Of a stretch of DNA of 64,000 nt, positions 1 to 12,900 are shown one piece after another. How positions within the stretch are numbered: the first letter of the stretch is position 1; the number at the start of each line of letters is the position of its first letter. Made by a program: the position numbers and the translations under genes. The DNA is taken from assembly GCA_951406725.2 (NCBI GenBank), contig OX597823.1, positions 4,960,001 through 5,024,000 of the forward strand, read 5' to 3'. Below the pieces are notes generated by a model. That model was not told where the DNA came from. It ran no database searches and saw only the letters and a list, made by a program, of their open reading frames with translations. The stretch comes from Octopus vulgaris (lineage: Eukaryota).

Positions 1-149
1 TTAGAGTTCATTAAGAGTTGTTTTGGATTGGTTACAGTTGTTGGTATTTGGGAATACATCAAGTGGAGGCAGTTGGTGTCTACCCTGTTCCATGGTACTA
101 TATATCACACTGTATTAGTACAAGACACTCAGGTGACATATACAGAAAC

Positions 150-278
150 CACATTATAACATTTTTTAATAATATTTAATTATAAAAATATAATGTGATT
201 ATTCAAACATCAAATGGCAATGGGAGGGCACCCAAGTAAAACAGGAATCAAAGGGACCCCTTTGGTTGTGAACCACTG
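150..278. mobile_element. Right-end remnant of a hAT (Charlie-like) MITE, same family as 62001-63069
   Basis: Ends in TTGTGAACCACTG. The preceding CAAGTAAAACAGGAATC matches CAAGTAAAATAGGAATC near the right end of the 62001-63069 element. Confidence 0.55.
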
Positions 279-333
279 CTTTAGATGATGTGTGTTTATG
301 ATACATGATTGATTGATTTAAAGAGGACTGCAG

Positions 334-441
334 CACACCACCACCACACCCATCACCACTACCACAACCACCACCACCACCACCACTACACCCACCACCA
401 CCACCACACCCACCACCACTACACCCACCACCACTACAACC
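334..441. repeat. (CAC)n trinucleotide microsatellite
   Basis: Direct reading; source of the spurious poly-His and poly-Gly ORFs. Confidence 0.95.
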
Positions 442-689
442 ATGAACATTCTGCGACAAACATTCAGGTGAAATCTTGTTCTTGTCCCGTCCATGTATTT
501 TCTTTGTAATCACTGACAGTGAATGTGTTTAAGGTGGAGGACATTTGTCATGTCAGTGTCATTGGTCTGGGGTTGCATGAGAAATCACAGGGTGGGCCAT
601 ATACCTCTTTCCCTAACTAATTTATGAAACAAATATAATCCAAAAGAATATAATGCAAGTTTTTTGGTAACCTCCCTAATGCTGGTCAT

Positions 690-875
690 ATGAAAAACGT
701 ACCCAGTCCACTCTGTAAAACAGTTGATGCTGGTAAGGGCATCCTGCTGTAGAAGCCATGCCAAAACAGACATTGACGTTTGATGCATCCCTGTGGCTTG
801 TTGGATCCTGTCAAAGTGTCCACCCATGCCAGCATGGACAGTGGATGTTAAATGACAATGATGATGGTGATGATG
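690..875 (+). mobile_element. Old 5'-truncated RTE LINE 3'UTR copy with (GAT)n tail
   Basis: AAGGGCATCC..GCTGTAGAA, CCATGCCAGCATGG near-palindrome and GTTAAA-(GAT)n, as in 18729-19210. Confidence 0.7.
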
Positions 876-1044
876 AATCCATCTATGGGAAATTTGCAAT
901 TTAGACAGAAATAACTGTCTAGCCACCATTGTCTACCTTTTTAAATATCCAATCAGCCTTTTTATAATTTTTTTTACTTTTGCTGGCCACCCTTCTAGTC
1001 AAGAATAGACAAAGGCTTGGGCCACCAATGGAGCCTGAAAGTGG

Positions 1045-1245
1045 TCACTCAATTTGCTAGAAATAGCAATCAAATTTTCCTCAAATCGCATTGTATCATT
1101 TGAAAATATGATGGGAAAAAATACAAAGAAAATGTAGGCTGGATACAGTGTTTAAAAAGAACTGTTGGCATGCTTTTGATCTTTGGTCTGCTCAGTCAGA
1201 AGTGTGAGGGGTAAGTGGGGATGGGGTCTAAGCAGCAACAATGGC
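1045..1245 (+). repeat. Old unclassified interspersed repeat ending CTAAACAAC-like; related copies near 11935-12030, 29495-29700, 39255-39580 (-), 40785-40940 (-)
   Basis: Shared motifs such as GCTAGAAATAGC..AAAT..CCTCAAA and CCTTTGATCA..GGTCTGC...GGG(C)TAAACAACAAC across copies. Confidence 0.5.
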
Positions 1246-1527
1246 AGTAATAACAACAATAAGTAGAGAAACAACTGCAACAACAACAACAACAACAACA
1301 ACGTTCACAAAGGCAATAACAATAATAACAGCAACAAGAACAATACTTACAACAGCCAACCAACTGTGCAACCGGCCAATTTAACCTGCCACCCCACTAA
1401 TACCCAATACCCCCTTCCTCTAAACTCCTCCCCACCACTCTGTCTTTGTTTACTGGACTTAACAGCAGGACTATAGAATGTTTTGTCAGGCTACACAGGA
1501 AAACCTGTTATTTTATTTACTTCACAT

Positions 1528-2010
1528 ACCACCACCACCACCACCAACTTCACACTACAACCAACTCTACAAACACCACTACCACCACCACCACCATCAC
1601 CCCTTACAGAGTTATCCCTTTTACACCATATCATCACCACAAGGTTATCACACATGCTGCTGTTGCTGCTGCTACTACTCCACTATTAACCTCTTACCAC
1701 ACCCCATCTATCACTCTCCACTACCCTACTCCCTCATCTACCCACACATCTACCTCACATCAACACTCTTCCCATCCTTCACTCTCACCCCCACTTCCCT
1801 CACTGAGCAATATCACCTCTCTTATTCCATCCTTGTCAGTTCCTCTAAGCTCTTTCTGTTTTTATCACTTTACTTTTGTTATCAATAAGGATGATGGTGA
1901 TGATGATAACTGTGATGATGATGATGGCTGTGATGATGGTGAGGATGATGGTAATGATGGTAATGATTATGATAATGGCGATGATGATGCTGATGATTAC
2001 GACAACAATG
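1528..2010. repeat. Low-complexity (CAC)n and (GAT)n trinucleotide tracts
   Basis: Direct reading. Confidence 0.85.
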
Positions 2011-2570
2011 AAACCAACATGGTTACTGATGATCCAAAATGTATTAAATATTGTGTCATAAATACAGAATGACTTCTACTTTTTGCTTGATATCTATCAC
2101 CAATGTTTTGTTGACAGTTAACTTCATTAATACCTCTTATCCCGAGTATTTACTCAGCATGGACCTGATATATGCATATGTTGCTGTTTGTACATGCTCA
2201 TATTCGTAACACAGAAATAGTCAATCTGTAGATGTGTGTGTGTGTGTGTAATGGGTTTACCATCAGTTTTGATGTATAAGGTTTTAGTAACCAAATTATA
2301 GCTGCTAGATGACCTACAGAGATGATTTATTTTCAGTAGTGAAGGCTTGTTTGTGTAGGATCAACCAAACTTTTTGGAAATGTTGATTGCAGAAAGTTGG
2401 TGCAAATATTTGCTTACAAAGTCAATGAACAACACACCTCAGTCTTTTCCTTTAGAGTTCTTCATCTTTTGGCTTAGTTGCCTTTGTCACAGCTTATTGT
2501 CCAATCCACCCTGGTTAGGCTAAATGTGCACCTTGGCACGAAACCAGAAATGCATATATATATATATATC

Positions 2571-2766
2571 GCCTGGCACCAGTGCAGGTGGCACGTAAAA
2601 AGCACCCACTACACTCACGGAGTGGTTGGCGTTAGGAAGGGCATCCAGCTGTAGAAACATTGCCAGATAAGACTGGAGCCTGGTGCAGCCTTCTGGCTTC
2701 CCAGGTCCCCGGTTGAACCGTCCAACCCATGCTAGCATGGAGAACGGACGTTAAACGATGATGATA
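2571..2766 (+). mobile_element. 5'-truncated RTE LINE 3'UTR copy in a (TA)n tract
   Basis: Near-identical to 19010-19210; CCATGCTAGCATGG palindrome and (GAT)n tail. Confidence 0.85.
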
Positions 2767-2954
2767 TATATATATATCATGTAATTTGGATGGCCATTAA
2801 CTTTTCTGAGTTTATTGCCTTTTGATGTGTCTTGTTTTTCACCCTGCATAGTGTCTAATAGCCACCCTGTATACCAAAAGGTCTTGCTGGTGTTGCCTGT
2901 TTAGTTACTGATGGCCCAACTATACAATAGGTTGTACTAGGTTACACATTGCCA

Positions 2955-3280
2955 GTAGCATATGGTTCTGGGTCTCAGTCCCACTGTGTGGCACCTTGGG
3001 CAAGTGTCTTCTACAATAGCTTTGGACCAATGAAAGCCTTGTGAATGGATTTGGTAGATGGAAACTGAAAGAAGCCTATCGTTAATATATATGTGTGTGT
3101 GTGTGTGTCTGTGTTTGCACCCCCCTTAACTTAGCAGTTCAGCAAAAGAGATTGATAGAATGAGTACTAGGCTTTATATAAAAAAAAAGTACTGGGGTCA
3201 ATTCATTTGACTAAAAATTCTTCAAAGTGGTGCCCCAGCATGGCCGGAGTCTGGTGACTGAAACAAGTTAAAAACAAAAA
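2955..3280 (+). mobile_element. tRNA-derived CORE-like SINE (octopus OR2-like)
   Basis: GGCACCTTGGGCAAGTGTCTT core, internal TG repeat, 3' tail CCAGCATGGCC...TGACTGAAACAAG. Confidence 0.8.
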
Positions 3281-3814
3281 TATGTGTGTGCGTGTGTGTG
3301 AAAGAGAGAGAGATGATATTTGCGCACATACCTATCTATGTACAAGCATGTGAATGTATTTCTCTGTATTTTTTTTTGTTAATATTAATTTTTTTAAGGG
3401 GTAGTTTGTTTGCGCTAAGATGTCAGTTGGAAAGACTTTATATATCTAACTGAATTAATGACAGGCCAGAAGTCGTTAAACAATTCCATTGCCTTAAATA
3501 GTCCTTGTAGCCAACTGGATGTTTCCATTCTGTTATCACCAACAGCAATTTTGTTTTTTGCTTTTTGTTCCAGTAATTTTTGGTGAAACTTACTGACAAC
3601 TGTTTCATAAAAAGCTAACCTACTTAATTAAGCTAATAACATTGATATCTAGATGAGAAATTATCTCTGCTCTGGAAATAGCTAGCTAACTTGCTTACTT
3701 GCTGTACAGATAAGCCTCTGCAAGTTTTGAGCTGAAAACACAAGGTGATGTTTATAAATACTATGAGGTAACCAGAAAAGGAAATAAAACTGGCCCTCTC
3801 TTGGTTTTGATGTG

Positions 3815-4197
3815 TTTCACTTGATTTGATCAATGGAACAGCCTGCTCATGAAATTAACATGCAGGTGGCTCATGATATTAATACACAAGTGGCTGAGTA
3901 CTCCACATATGTAGTTCTCAGATTTAGCATTACACAAAATGTGACAAAGCTGGCCCTCTGAAATACTGGCATGACACATTTTTTTCCAGCTGACTGGACT
4001 GGGGCAGTGTGAAATAGTCAATCTGTAGATGTGTATGTGTGTGTGTAATGGGTTTCCCATCAATTTTGATGTATAAGGGTTTAGAGTAACTAAATTATAG
4101 CTGCTAGTGACTTGCTCAGGAATACAACGTGCTGCCAGGAATTGAACTCATGACATGATTGTGAGCTGAATATGCTTACTATGAAGCCACATGCCTT
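3815..4197 (-). mobile_element. tRNA-derived SINE (same family as 55030-55320) carrying a ~95-bp local insertion
   Basis: Colinear with 55030-55320 (GATCAATGGAA.AGCCTG, CAAGTGGCTGAG.ACTCCACA, CTTGCTCA(A)GG, ATTGAACT). Confidence 0.7.
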
Positions 4198-4264
4198 TGC
4201 ACTAACTAGGCTTGTGTCCTACCAGTTCTGCCAACCCCATATTTAATGGGAGTAATTAAATCCT

Positions 4265-4458
4265 TCTAATTTAGGTATAGTGCCAGCAACTTTAAAGGGA
4301 CCAGGTAAGTTGATTACATCTATTCCCATACTCGGCTGGTATTTTATTTTTATTAATTCTGAAAGAATGAAAGGCAAAGTTGACCTTGGTGGAATTTGAA
4401 CTTTGACATAAAGAACTGGAAGAAATGTCACTAACAATTCTCTAGCTCACCACCTTAA
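4265..4458 (-). mobile_element. Nin/Deu-domain-like tRNA SINE
   Basis: Reverse complement carries GTTCAAATTCCACCAAGGTCAACTTTGCCTTTCATTCTTTC (B box plus Nin/Deu-like motif). Confidence 0.7.
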
Positions 4459-5079
4459 TAACAGTAGTAATTAATAATAAGTTGTTTGAAATTTGTGATC
4501 TTTTGCCAAGAAATCATGATTAACTGGATAATACAGTCTATTTTATCTCACTAATTTATTATCAAGATATTTTTACAGGAAGAAAATAAGGAAAACAAAC
4601 ATTAGAATATAAAATATCAAATTATTGAGAAGAAACCGATAACTACCTCACCAAGGAAACAAAAAAAAGAGTGGGGATTTAGCAGTAGAAGATGGGGGTG
4701 GAGGGAGTAATAGGTTATACACCCTACACCAAATGGCGTGTTCAACCATATTTCATGGACATCGTTTGCAAAGTCTCTATTATTTGTATTATTTGTGATC
4801 ATATTTAGATTTTGATTATCATCATCACATTTATCATAAAATCTAGTTTATCTTTCTCTGGCATGAGGCACACATTAAGGGAAGTTACTAAATTTCAGAG
4901 TTTATCCATGGAGAGAGAATGTCCATCTGACACCTCTTTTTCATATTTTTATCATTTTCAAGCACTACCCATCCCTTCTCTTCTAAAATGCTAGTAGTCT
5001 TGGAAGAAACCTGTCCTACTCTGTGTCTTTCTCTCATACTTTACCATTTTTTATTCCTTATTCTCCAAGCATAAAACAA

Positions 5080-5327
5080 CCCCACTCACTGGCCCATATT
5101 CGTGCTTTGTTGTCTTGCAAGCTGCTGGGCAATCTCAATAGTGTTGGTGGCACAAAAGAAAGCACCCAGTACACACTGCAAAAATGGTATGCATTAGGAA
5201 CGGCATCCAGATGTGGAAACAATGTCAGAGCAGACACCAGGGCAAAAGTCAGTCCTTGGATCCATAAAATCCTTGTCAAACCATCCAACCCATGCCAGCA
5301 TGGAACATGGATGTTAAATGATGATGA
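5080..5327 (+). mobile_element. Old RTE 3'UTR copy
   Basis: AAGCACCCAGTACAC...CCAACCCATGCCAGCATGGAA...GTTAAATGATGATGA. Confidence 0.7.
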
Positions 5328-5979
5328 GAAAGAAAGATTGAAGTATTTGGAGAGAAGGAGAGGGGCTGGCTTTGAAGAATATGGACTGGACAAAGCCAGC
5401 TCCAAGTTTCTTTCTATGTGTGTACCAGTTATATTTTGAGATTGATTCAATCAGTTACAATTACTTAACTACTGCTTTCAAAAGTCTGTGACCTTGTGCT
5501 TAAGTCAGTGATGTGTATTTGGTGAAGAATTTGTCTTTTAGATTCCATTGTGTCTCATTACTGGTAATGAAGTCCATTAATTTCCTGCAGCTCAGTTTCA
5601 TGTGGTAAAAACAAAGTTCTTTCCATTTTTTTTGTTTATTTTTGTGTTTTGTTTTATCTTTTTTTCTTGTTAGATTAATTATGAAGCAAACTTTATGAAT
5701 AGGAGGTGTCAGCTATGTTAATTAATAAGTTAATATAATTATGAAAAATGTATATAGTCCTTAAGAAAACACATTTGTTGATTTTATATTATCTTATTTT
5801 TTGAAATAGTTTTTGGTCTTCATTTATGTTAAAGCAGTGAGTGGGCAATTAGAATGGCAAGTGTAGAAATGGATTGTGTTTTATATGTGTATTTATATAT
5901 GTATTTTTACATGTGTAAATTATATGTGTATTTATATCTTTTTAATCTTTTTTATCCTTTTGGTTTTTAGATTTTTATC

Positions 5980-6355
5980 TTTTTACTTGTTTCAGTCATT
6001 AGACTGTGACCATGCTGGAGCACCTACCACTTTGAGGAATTTTTAGTCAAATGAACTGATGCCAGTGCTTTTTTTAAACAATGCCTGGTACTTATTCTAT
6101 CCATCTCTTTCACAGAACTGCTAAGTTACAGTGACGTAAACACACCAACGTCAGTTGTCAAGCAGTGGTGGGGGATAAACATGCACACACATTTATAAAC
6201 AAATCGGCTTCTTTCGGTTTCTGTTTACCAAATCCACTCACAAGGCTTTGATTGTCTTGAGACTATACTTGCCCAAAGTATCATCGAGTGGGACTGAACT
6301 GAGAACCATGTGACTGGGAAGCAAACTTATTATCGCACAACCAGATCTCTGCCTA
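5980..6355 (-). mobile_element. OR2-like CORE SINE
   Basis: Near full-length reverse-complement match to 62127-62540. Confidence 0.8.
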
Positions 6356-6394
6356 TATATATACATCTACTTATACCTGTAGTTATATGTGTTT

Positions 6395-6535
6395 CTAATT
6401 TAGGCACATGGCCAGCAATTTTAAAGGGCGAGGGTTAGTCAATTACCCCCTCCTGCTTAGACTGGTACTTTTTCTTGACCCCATAGGGATGAAAAGTAAA
6501 GTTAATTTTGGTGGGATTTGAATTCAGAATGTAAA
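6395..6535 (-). mobile_element. Nin/Deu-like SINE fragment
   Basis: GGATGAAAAGTAAAGTTAAT...GGATTTGAATTCAGAA. Confidence 0.55.
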
Positions 6536-6559
6536 GACCCACAACAGATGTTGTTAAGC

Positions 6560-6955
6560 AGGTACAGGTGTGGATGTGTTGTAAGAAGTTTGCTTCCCAA
6601 CCACATGGTTCTGGGTTCAATCCCACTGCTTGGCACCTCGAGTGGGTGTCTTCTATAGTAGCCTTGGGCTGACAAATGCCTGAGAGGGGATTTGGTATAT
6701 GGAAGCTGAAAGAAGTCCACCGTGCATATTCATGTATGTGTGTCTGTGTTTGTCCCCCACCACCACTTGACAATTAGTATTGGTGTGTTTATATCCCTAT
6801 AGCCTAGTGGTTCAGCAAAAGAGATCAATAAAATAAGTACAAGGCTTAAAGAAAAATAAAGTACCGAGGTCGATTTGATCAACAAAAATTCTTCAAGGTG
6901 GTGCCCCAGTATGACCGCAGTCCAATGACTGAAACAAGTAAAAGATAAAAGAGAA
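6560..6955 (+). mobile_element. OR2-like CORE SINE
   Basis: tRNA-like head (GGTTCAATCCCA B box), core and TGACTGAAACAAGTAAAAGATAAAAG tail. Confidence 0.85.
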
Positions 6956-7669
6956 AAGATTAGCATTTTATCAATGCTCTAACGATTCTGTCACTTTACA
7001 GCCTTAGAAATACGACTTAGTAATAAGAATAAAACAATAATAATGATAATGATAAATAGTAATAAAATATAATCTAAATTTCCATATCCTGTTAAAAATC
7101 AAAAATGTCTCCACTTTGAACTGTAGCAGTTAACGGGTTAACAGACCAAACTTTGAATTAATCATACAATCCATAAGACCTCTCCTGTTTCTTCAGCAGT
7201 CAACTGATGCCTATTAAAAGACAAAGACTACCGGCATTTCTGGTGGTTGTTTGGTTGTTTGAAATGTTTAAAATGTGTTTATTGGAGTAGGAAGAGTTAG
7301 GTAAAACAGTATTGGAGAAACTGGTTAAGTGCTACATCCGGTTTATCAGCTCTTTTTTCCCCTCAGGGTCAGTAGGTTATCACAGGTTTCCCTATATAAA
7401 CAATAGTTGATGCGTTCATAAACAGACAATATGGTACAAGAGACTAACATGAAATAAATAAAAAACATAGAAAAAGAACAAGGAGAAAGTAAATGTGCGT
7501 GCGGGGTGTGTGTGTGTGTTTTAAGATGAAGGTATTAAAGATTTTAAAGTAGTTTGGATTAAAGAGTCTTGTAGTGTAGCTGTGTAAAATATTCAATAGG
7601 AAATGAGAAAGATTTTTTTTTCTGATATATATCTTTTGAAGATGATTATTATTATTATTATCTAAACTG

Positions 7670-7885
7670 TAAGGTGGTGAACTGGTAGAATCATTAGCAA
7701 GTCATTACAAAATGCTTAGCAGCATTTCTTGGGGTTCTTTTTATTCTGAGTTCAAATATTATCAAGTTCAACTTTGCCTTTCATTCTTTTAGGGTTGATA
7801 AACTAAAGTACCAGTCAATGTGATCAACTAATCCACCCAACTCAAATAAAATTGCTGGCCTTGTGCCAAAATTTGAAGCCATTAT
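7670..7885 (+). mobile_element. Nin/Deu-like tRNA SINE
   Basis: GGTGGTGAACTGGTAGAATCATTAGC head; TTCTGAGTTCAAAT; TTTGCCTTTCATTCTTTTAGGGTTGATAAA. Confidence 0.75.
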
Positions 7886-7923
7886 TAATTTGTGTCAAGG
7901 TAACTAATACATATGGTGCCCCA

Positions 7924-8064
7924 CATCATCATCATCATCATCATCGTTTAATGTCCGTTTTCCATGCTAGCATGGGTTGGACGGTTCTACCGGGGTCTGG
8001 GAAGCCAGGAGGCTGCACCAGGCTCCAGTCTGATCTGGCAGTGTTTCTACAGCTGGATGCCCTT

Positions 8065-8066
<2 letters not shown>
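7924..8066 (-). mobile_element. RTE 3'UTR tail copy abutting (TA)n
   Basis: (CAT)n-CGTTTAATGTCCG...CCATGCTAGCATGG. Confidence 0.85.
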
Positions 8067-8111
<45 letters not shown>

Positions 8112-8149
8112 CAAAATATAAACAATAATAAACCAAAAAAATACTTCTT

Positions 8150-8452
8150 CATTTTTCAAAATGCAACAAAATAATAGTAAGATGGAAAATAAAGTTCAAT
8201 TTGTATACTTCCACTTCATATTTGAAGTTTTCTACTCTTTTTTTTTTATTGCAAAGTCCTTGATCAGATCCTCATATGACAATAGTACACTTCAAAATTA
8301 TATTTCTGATCATATAAACAAGTTCAAATATTATGTTAGCAAGTTTAAAATGATTTCTTGAGTGCCGTATACCATTTACCATTTCTATGGTACCCTCCTT
8401 TCTGTTGATGCCCTAAACATGTGATTATTTTGCTTAGTGGTTAATCCAGTTG
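8150..8452. mobile_element. Partial hAT MITE, same family as 58248-58675
   Basis: Shared TTGCAAAGTC, TTAGCAAGTTTAAA, TTGATGCCCT and TTATTTTGCTTA.TGGTTAATC.AG end. Confidence 0.65.
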
Positions 8453-8880
8453 TGGGTTGATGTAATTGACTAATCCCTTCTCTCTAAAGTAACTGTGACA
8501 AAATTTGAAATGATTATTAGTATATAAACCACTGTGTTACCTGTTATATGATGGGTCATTTTGGAAGAATACCATTGCCACCATGAGTAGTATCAGGAAA
8601 TGTGGTATATATACAATAATTATAAGTTAACTTTTATTAAATTTCTTATTGATGAAATGAATACAAATTTTCGAAAGAAAAATATTTATTACCTTAAAAT
8701 ATAATTAAATAAAACAAATTTCTCATTTGTATATTTACAATAAATATACAGTTTATTTTTCTGAATTCCATCAACATAATCATAGTCTGTGCCATTGAAA
8801 ACCTGTCTCTGCAAAATTTGAACCCCACCCCAAGCTACTATTATTTACTCTTCCTCCTCCTCCTCTCTCTGATGCTTTCA

Positions 8881-8914
<34 letters not shown>

Positions 8915-9199
8915 CCTTTATTCATTGTCTGCCACAAAGCCTAGTATGAGCACTCATCCTGCACTTCTAATGTTAATTGTTTCTGTATTTCTCTTTTCTT
9001 CTCCCTCTCTCTATATGATGTAAAGTGTGACTGGAGAAATCCTTCAACCAGCTAACCAACCAACCAACATTTATATCAATCTTTATTACAGAGAGAATAT
9101 ATTTATTAAGATTCAGATTTTTAACTTTTCTACTAGATTGCTTGAGCATTGTTAGAGCATTGAACAAAAATGCTTAAGTTCAAATCTCCCCCGTATATA

Positions 9200-9420
9200 T
9201 CTATGAGTATCTTTGTGTTTTTTCCCCACTACTGTTTGAGGACTGGTGTTTGTGTGCTTACAACCCTGTATCTTAGTTTGGCAAATGAGACTGATAATAA
9301 AAATATCAAGCTTAAAAAAATACTAAGTACTGGGGTTGATTTGGTTTACTAGAATTCCTCAAGGTCATGCCCCAGCATGGCCACAGGCTTATGACTAAAC
9401 TAAGTAAGAAAACAAAGGAT
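9200..9420 (+). mobile_element. 3' half of OR2-like SINE
   Basis: AAGTACTGGGGTTGATTTG...CCCCAGCATGGCCACAG. Confidence 0.65.
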
Positions 9421-10091
9421 ACTAACACGTTTAAACAAATTAATTAATAAGTGGCTTTTTTGAGTACTTACATATTTATTTTAGTTGGGGTACCCAAGCC
9501 TATTTTTATATCTTCCCAGGTTGTTTTGGCTTCATTATTAGTCCCATGCATAAAAAAAATATTGTCACTTTTTTCTTCACTGTATCACTTGGTACCAGCT
9601 CAAAGTAAACATGTACCTCATAGGTACAAATATGTCCATGTTGTTAACTTAGTTTTGTAATCATGTCATTTCAGGTATATTTCTACTTCTATCCAAGACT
9701 TGTTAGTGAAACTAGATAGACCACAGAACCAGTGTTATGTATCAGGCAAATCAGACACAAGCTCAGTGGCACTAAAATCTAGGATTGTCACATAGATCTT
9801 GAGCTCCTTAAACAAAATTTCTTAACCCACCTTAAAAAAGAGTTTTAAAAAAATTCTAATAGCCATATGTGTAACATACCTAATGTATATATTGTAAGGC
9901 ATAACACTCTAGTTTTTGTCTGAGGGAAAATATCTTCATAGACACATGTCAGAGCAGGCCAAACATTGTCCCAACATTGAGTCAAGATCATCGTACTCTG
10001 GTATATATTGTGTCTGTAATACAATGTCTCTATGAAGAGATTTCTCTTAGACAAAACCACAACATCATGCTCATTGGTGTATATACATCTA

Positions 10092-11354
10092 TTAGGTTGT
10101 TCTGAAAATAATGGCCGATTTCAGAAACATAATTTTATTCTGAAAAATTAGCAATAGAAATATTTTGATTATTCAAAGTATGGGCTGTGAACCTCTCTGC
10201 CATTGACCAACGAGATTATTTATGCCTCGTTGATAAAAAAAATTATTGGCTTTGATGCTAAGAAATCTTTGAAAGCTGATTCCACCTCTGGTTTAGACCT
10301 GAAAGTTTTATCACTTAAAAACATATTCAAATGCTTATAAAAATGGTAGTCAGTGGGTGAAAGATCAGGAGAATGTGGAGGGTGTAGTAAAATCTTATAT
10401 CCCAAGCCTGTAAGTTTCTGCAGCAGCATCCTTGCAACACGTGGCTTTGCATTATTGTGGAGCAGATTGGGCCACACCAATTCACTAATGCAGGTCTCAT
10501 TTTTTGCAGGTGAGTATGCATTTCTGCAAGTTGATTGCTGTAATGCTCTGGCTGGCTTTCAGAAAACTGTAATGGACAACACCAATTGCAGACCACACGA
10601 CAGTCACCATAATCTTTTACTGATGCAACTTTGGCTTTGGGAAATGTTTGGGGAACTCATCACGATCAAGCCATTGACCTGATCATTTACAGTTATCATA
10701 AAGGATCCCCTTTTTGTCACAAGTGACTATTTGGTCAAGAAAAGGATCATTATTGTTTCACAGAAAGAGCATCTGGCACACTTCAAAATGCCAAACATTT
10801 TGATTTTCATTGAGCTCATGCAGTACCCATTTATCAAGCTTTTTCACCTTACCAATCTTCTGCAGATTGCACGAGACCACTGCAATACCGACACCAAGTG
10901 CCTGAAACATTTCTCTGACACTTTGACGTGGGTTTTGTTCAACAATTGCTTTCAATTGTTTATTGTCAAGACTGCATGACCGTCCTCTACCTTCTTTGTC
11001 TTCACTATGGCTCTCATCACCACTATGGAATTTCTGAAACCATCTTCATACTGTGTGATCACTTGTGGAACCTCTCCCTATGCTCTGTCAATATTGACAA
11101 CAGTTTGAGAGGCATTGTGCCCAAGCTCAAACTCTTGCAAGGAAAGTAAGCAAAGGTCCTTTTTTGTCATGTTCATAATTAAGGGCACCTATGCTTCAAG
11201 AATGTTTTGTCTGAAATAAGCAGAAAATTATCAAAGAGCATATATCTATTATTAAGTATGTCGAAATTCATCTAAAATATAATTAAAATACTATGATAAA
11301 AATGCGTTTCAAAACACAACACTTAGAGTGGCCATTATTTTCGAAACAACCTGA
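10092..11354 (-). mobile_element. Full-length defective mariner (D,D34D) DNA transposon
   Basis: TIRs TTAGGTTGTTCTGAAAATAATGGCC and GGCCATTATTTTCGAAACAACCTGA with TA flanks, ~1.26 kb. Frameshifted transposase pieces contain WVLHEL (cf. WVPHEL) and HPPHSPDLSPTDYHF. Confidence 0.93.
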
Positions 11355-12014
11355 TATTATGATACATATATGGCTATTGTTGCTTAATACTGCTTCAATT
11401 GCATTTACTGAGTTTTATTCTGACCAGCAAGTTTTTCCACAATATCACTGAATGTATTGTTTGTTGTTTTCTACTCATCTGAGGTGACAGATTTCATCCA
11501 GACATGTGAAAAGTGGATTCAAATCATTGACAAGGCCCAAAAGAGCTGAAATATCTTTGATATTTTCATGAGTCACTTCTGGAATGTCGATCATCTCACT
11601 CTGATATATATTGTGTTTTTTCTGACATAACATATCTATGAAGAGATTTCCTCCCATACAAATGGTGTATATAATTAAGTATAGTATTTGGATGACTATT
11701 TTAATTCAGTTCTGTTTTGGTTGTGTTCACTGTGAAAATTCTGAATTGGATTTTCAGACCTCTCCATGTGTCTACGGACCCATCCATAGATCTCCATAGA
11801 TCTGAACACCTCTCTCTCTGAGGATCCAAATTCTGTATTGAGCATTAACGAAACACTTTGCAGTTTGACAGTGCTGCTGCTGTTTACCACAATAATCGTT
11901 TCCATTCCATGTGATGTGTTGTTGTTCCGAATTCCCTTCTCATAGAAATAAGATGAAATGTCACATCTGGAATACCTTTGATCATAGGTCTCCTTGGTAA
12001 AAGTTGACACGGGG

Positions 12015-12308
12015 TTAAACAACAACAATAACATTATCAACAATGTCAACAGTAGCAACATTGATAACAACAGCAGGATTAACATCAACACCAACAATAA
12101 CATCAACAACAACAGTAATAACATCACCCGTAACGACAGCGACAACAACAAAAACAAAACCAGCATCATCGTCATCATCATCATCGTCATCAACAACAAG
12201 AGACACAGTAAAGTTTTTGTCTTTGTCATGATGTGAAAGCCAAGAGTTGTAATGTATGACAGCTGCTGTTTAGAAATGTTAATGTCCTGTCAAATATTGC
12301 ACCTTCCA

Positions 12309-12351
<43 letters not shown>

Positions 12352-12352
12352 C

Positions 12353-12391
<39 letters not shown>

Positions 12392-12900
12392 TGTGTGTGT
12401 GTGTGAGAGAGAGAGAGCGTGTGTGTGTGTGTGAGAGAGAGAGAGAGTGTGTGTGTGTGTGTGTGTGTGCGTGTGTGTGTGTGAGAGCGTGTGTGTAGGG
12501 AACTATGTGCATGACACTGTATGTTCCTCTGTGTATTATACATGTGTGTGTGTGTCAGTGTTTGTATGTCTGTTCGTGTGTGTATATGCTTGTGCGTATT
12601 TGTCTGTATTTGAGTGAGCATTTATGCGTGTGTGTGTGTTTCTGAGTGTCAATGGTTGTATGTATATTTCTGCTTGTATTATGTGTGTGTATGTGTCACA
12701 GTCACACGTAAGGACAAACACACTCTCACAAATATGTTTACACTTACTTCAAAATTACACATTCACTGTTATTCATGCAAACGCATAAACACACTTACAG
12801 ACACATTCACACAGACACAGGTCCACACGTCTTATGTAAGCACACGCATGCACACACACACACACACAAACATGAGTTGGCACACACGCACAGGTTCACA
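12015..12900. repeat. Compound microsatellite (CAA)n/(CAT)n, then (GT)n(GA)n and (CA)n
   Basis: Direct reading. Confidence 0.9.

Noticed and set aside
199-2072. His-, Thr-, Gly-, Asp- and Met-rich ORFs
   Set aside because: Translations of (CAC)n and (GAT)n microsatellites, open in several frames with no domain signal.
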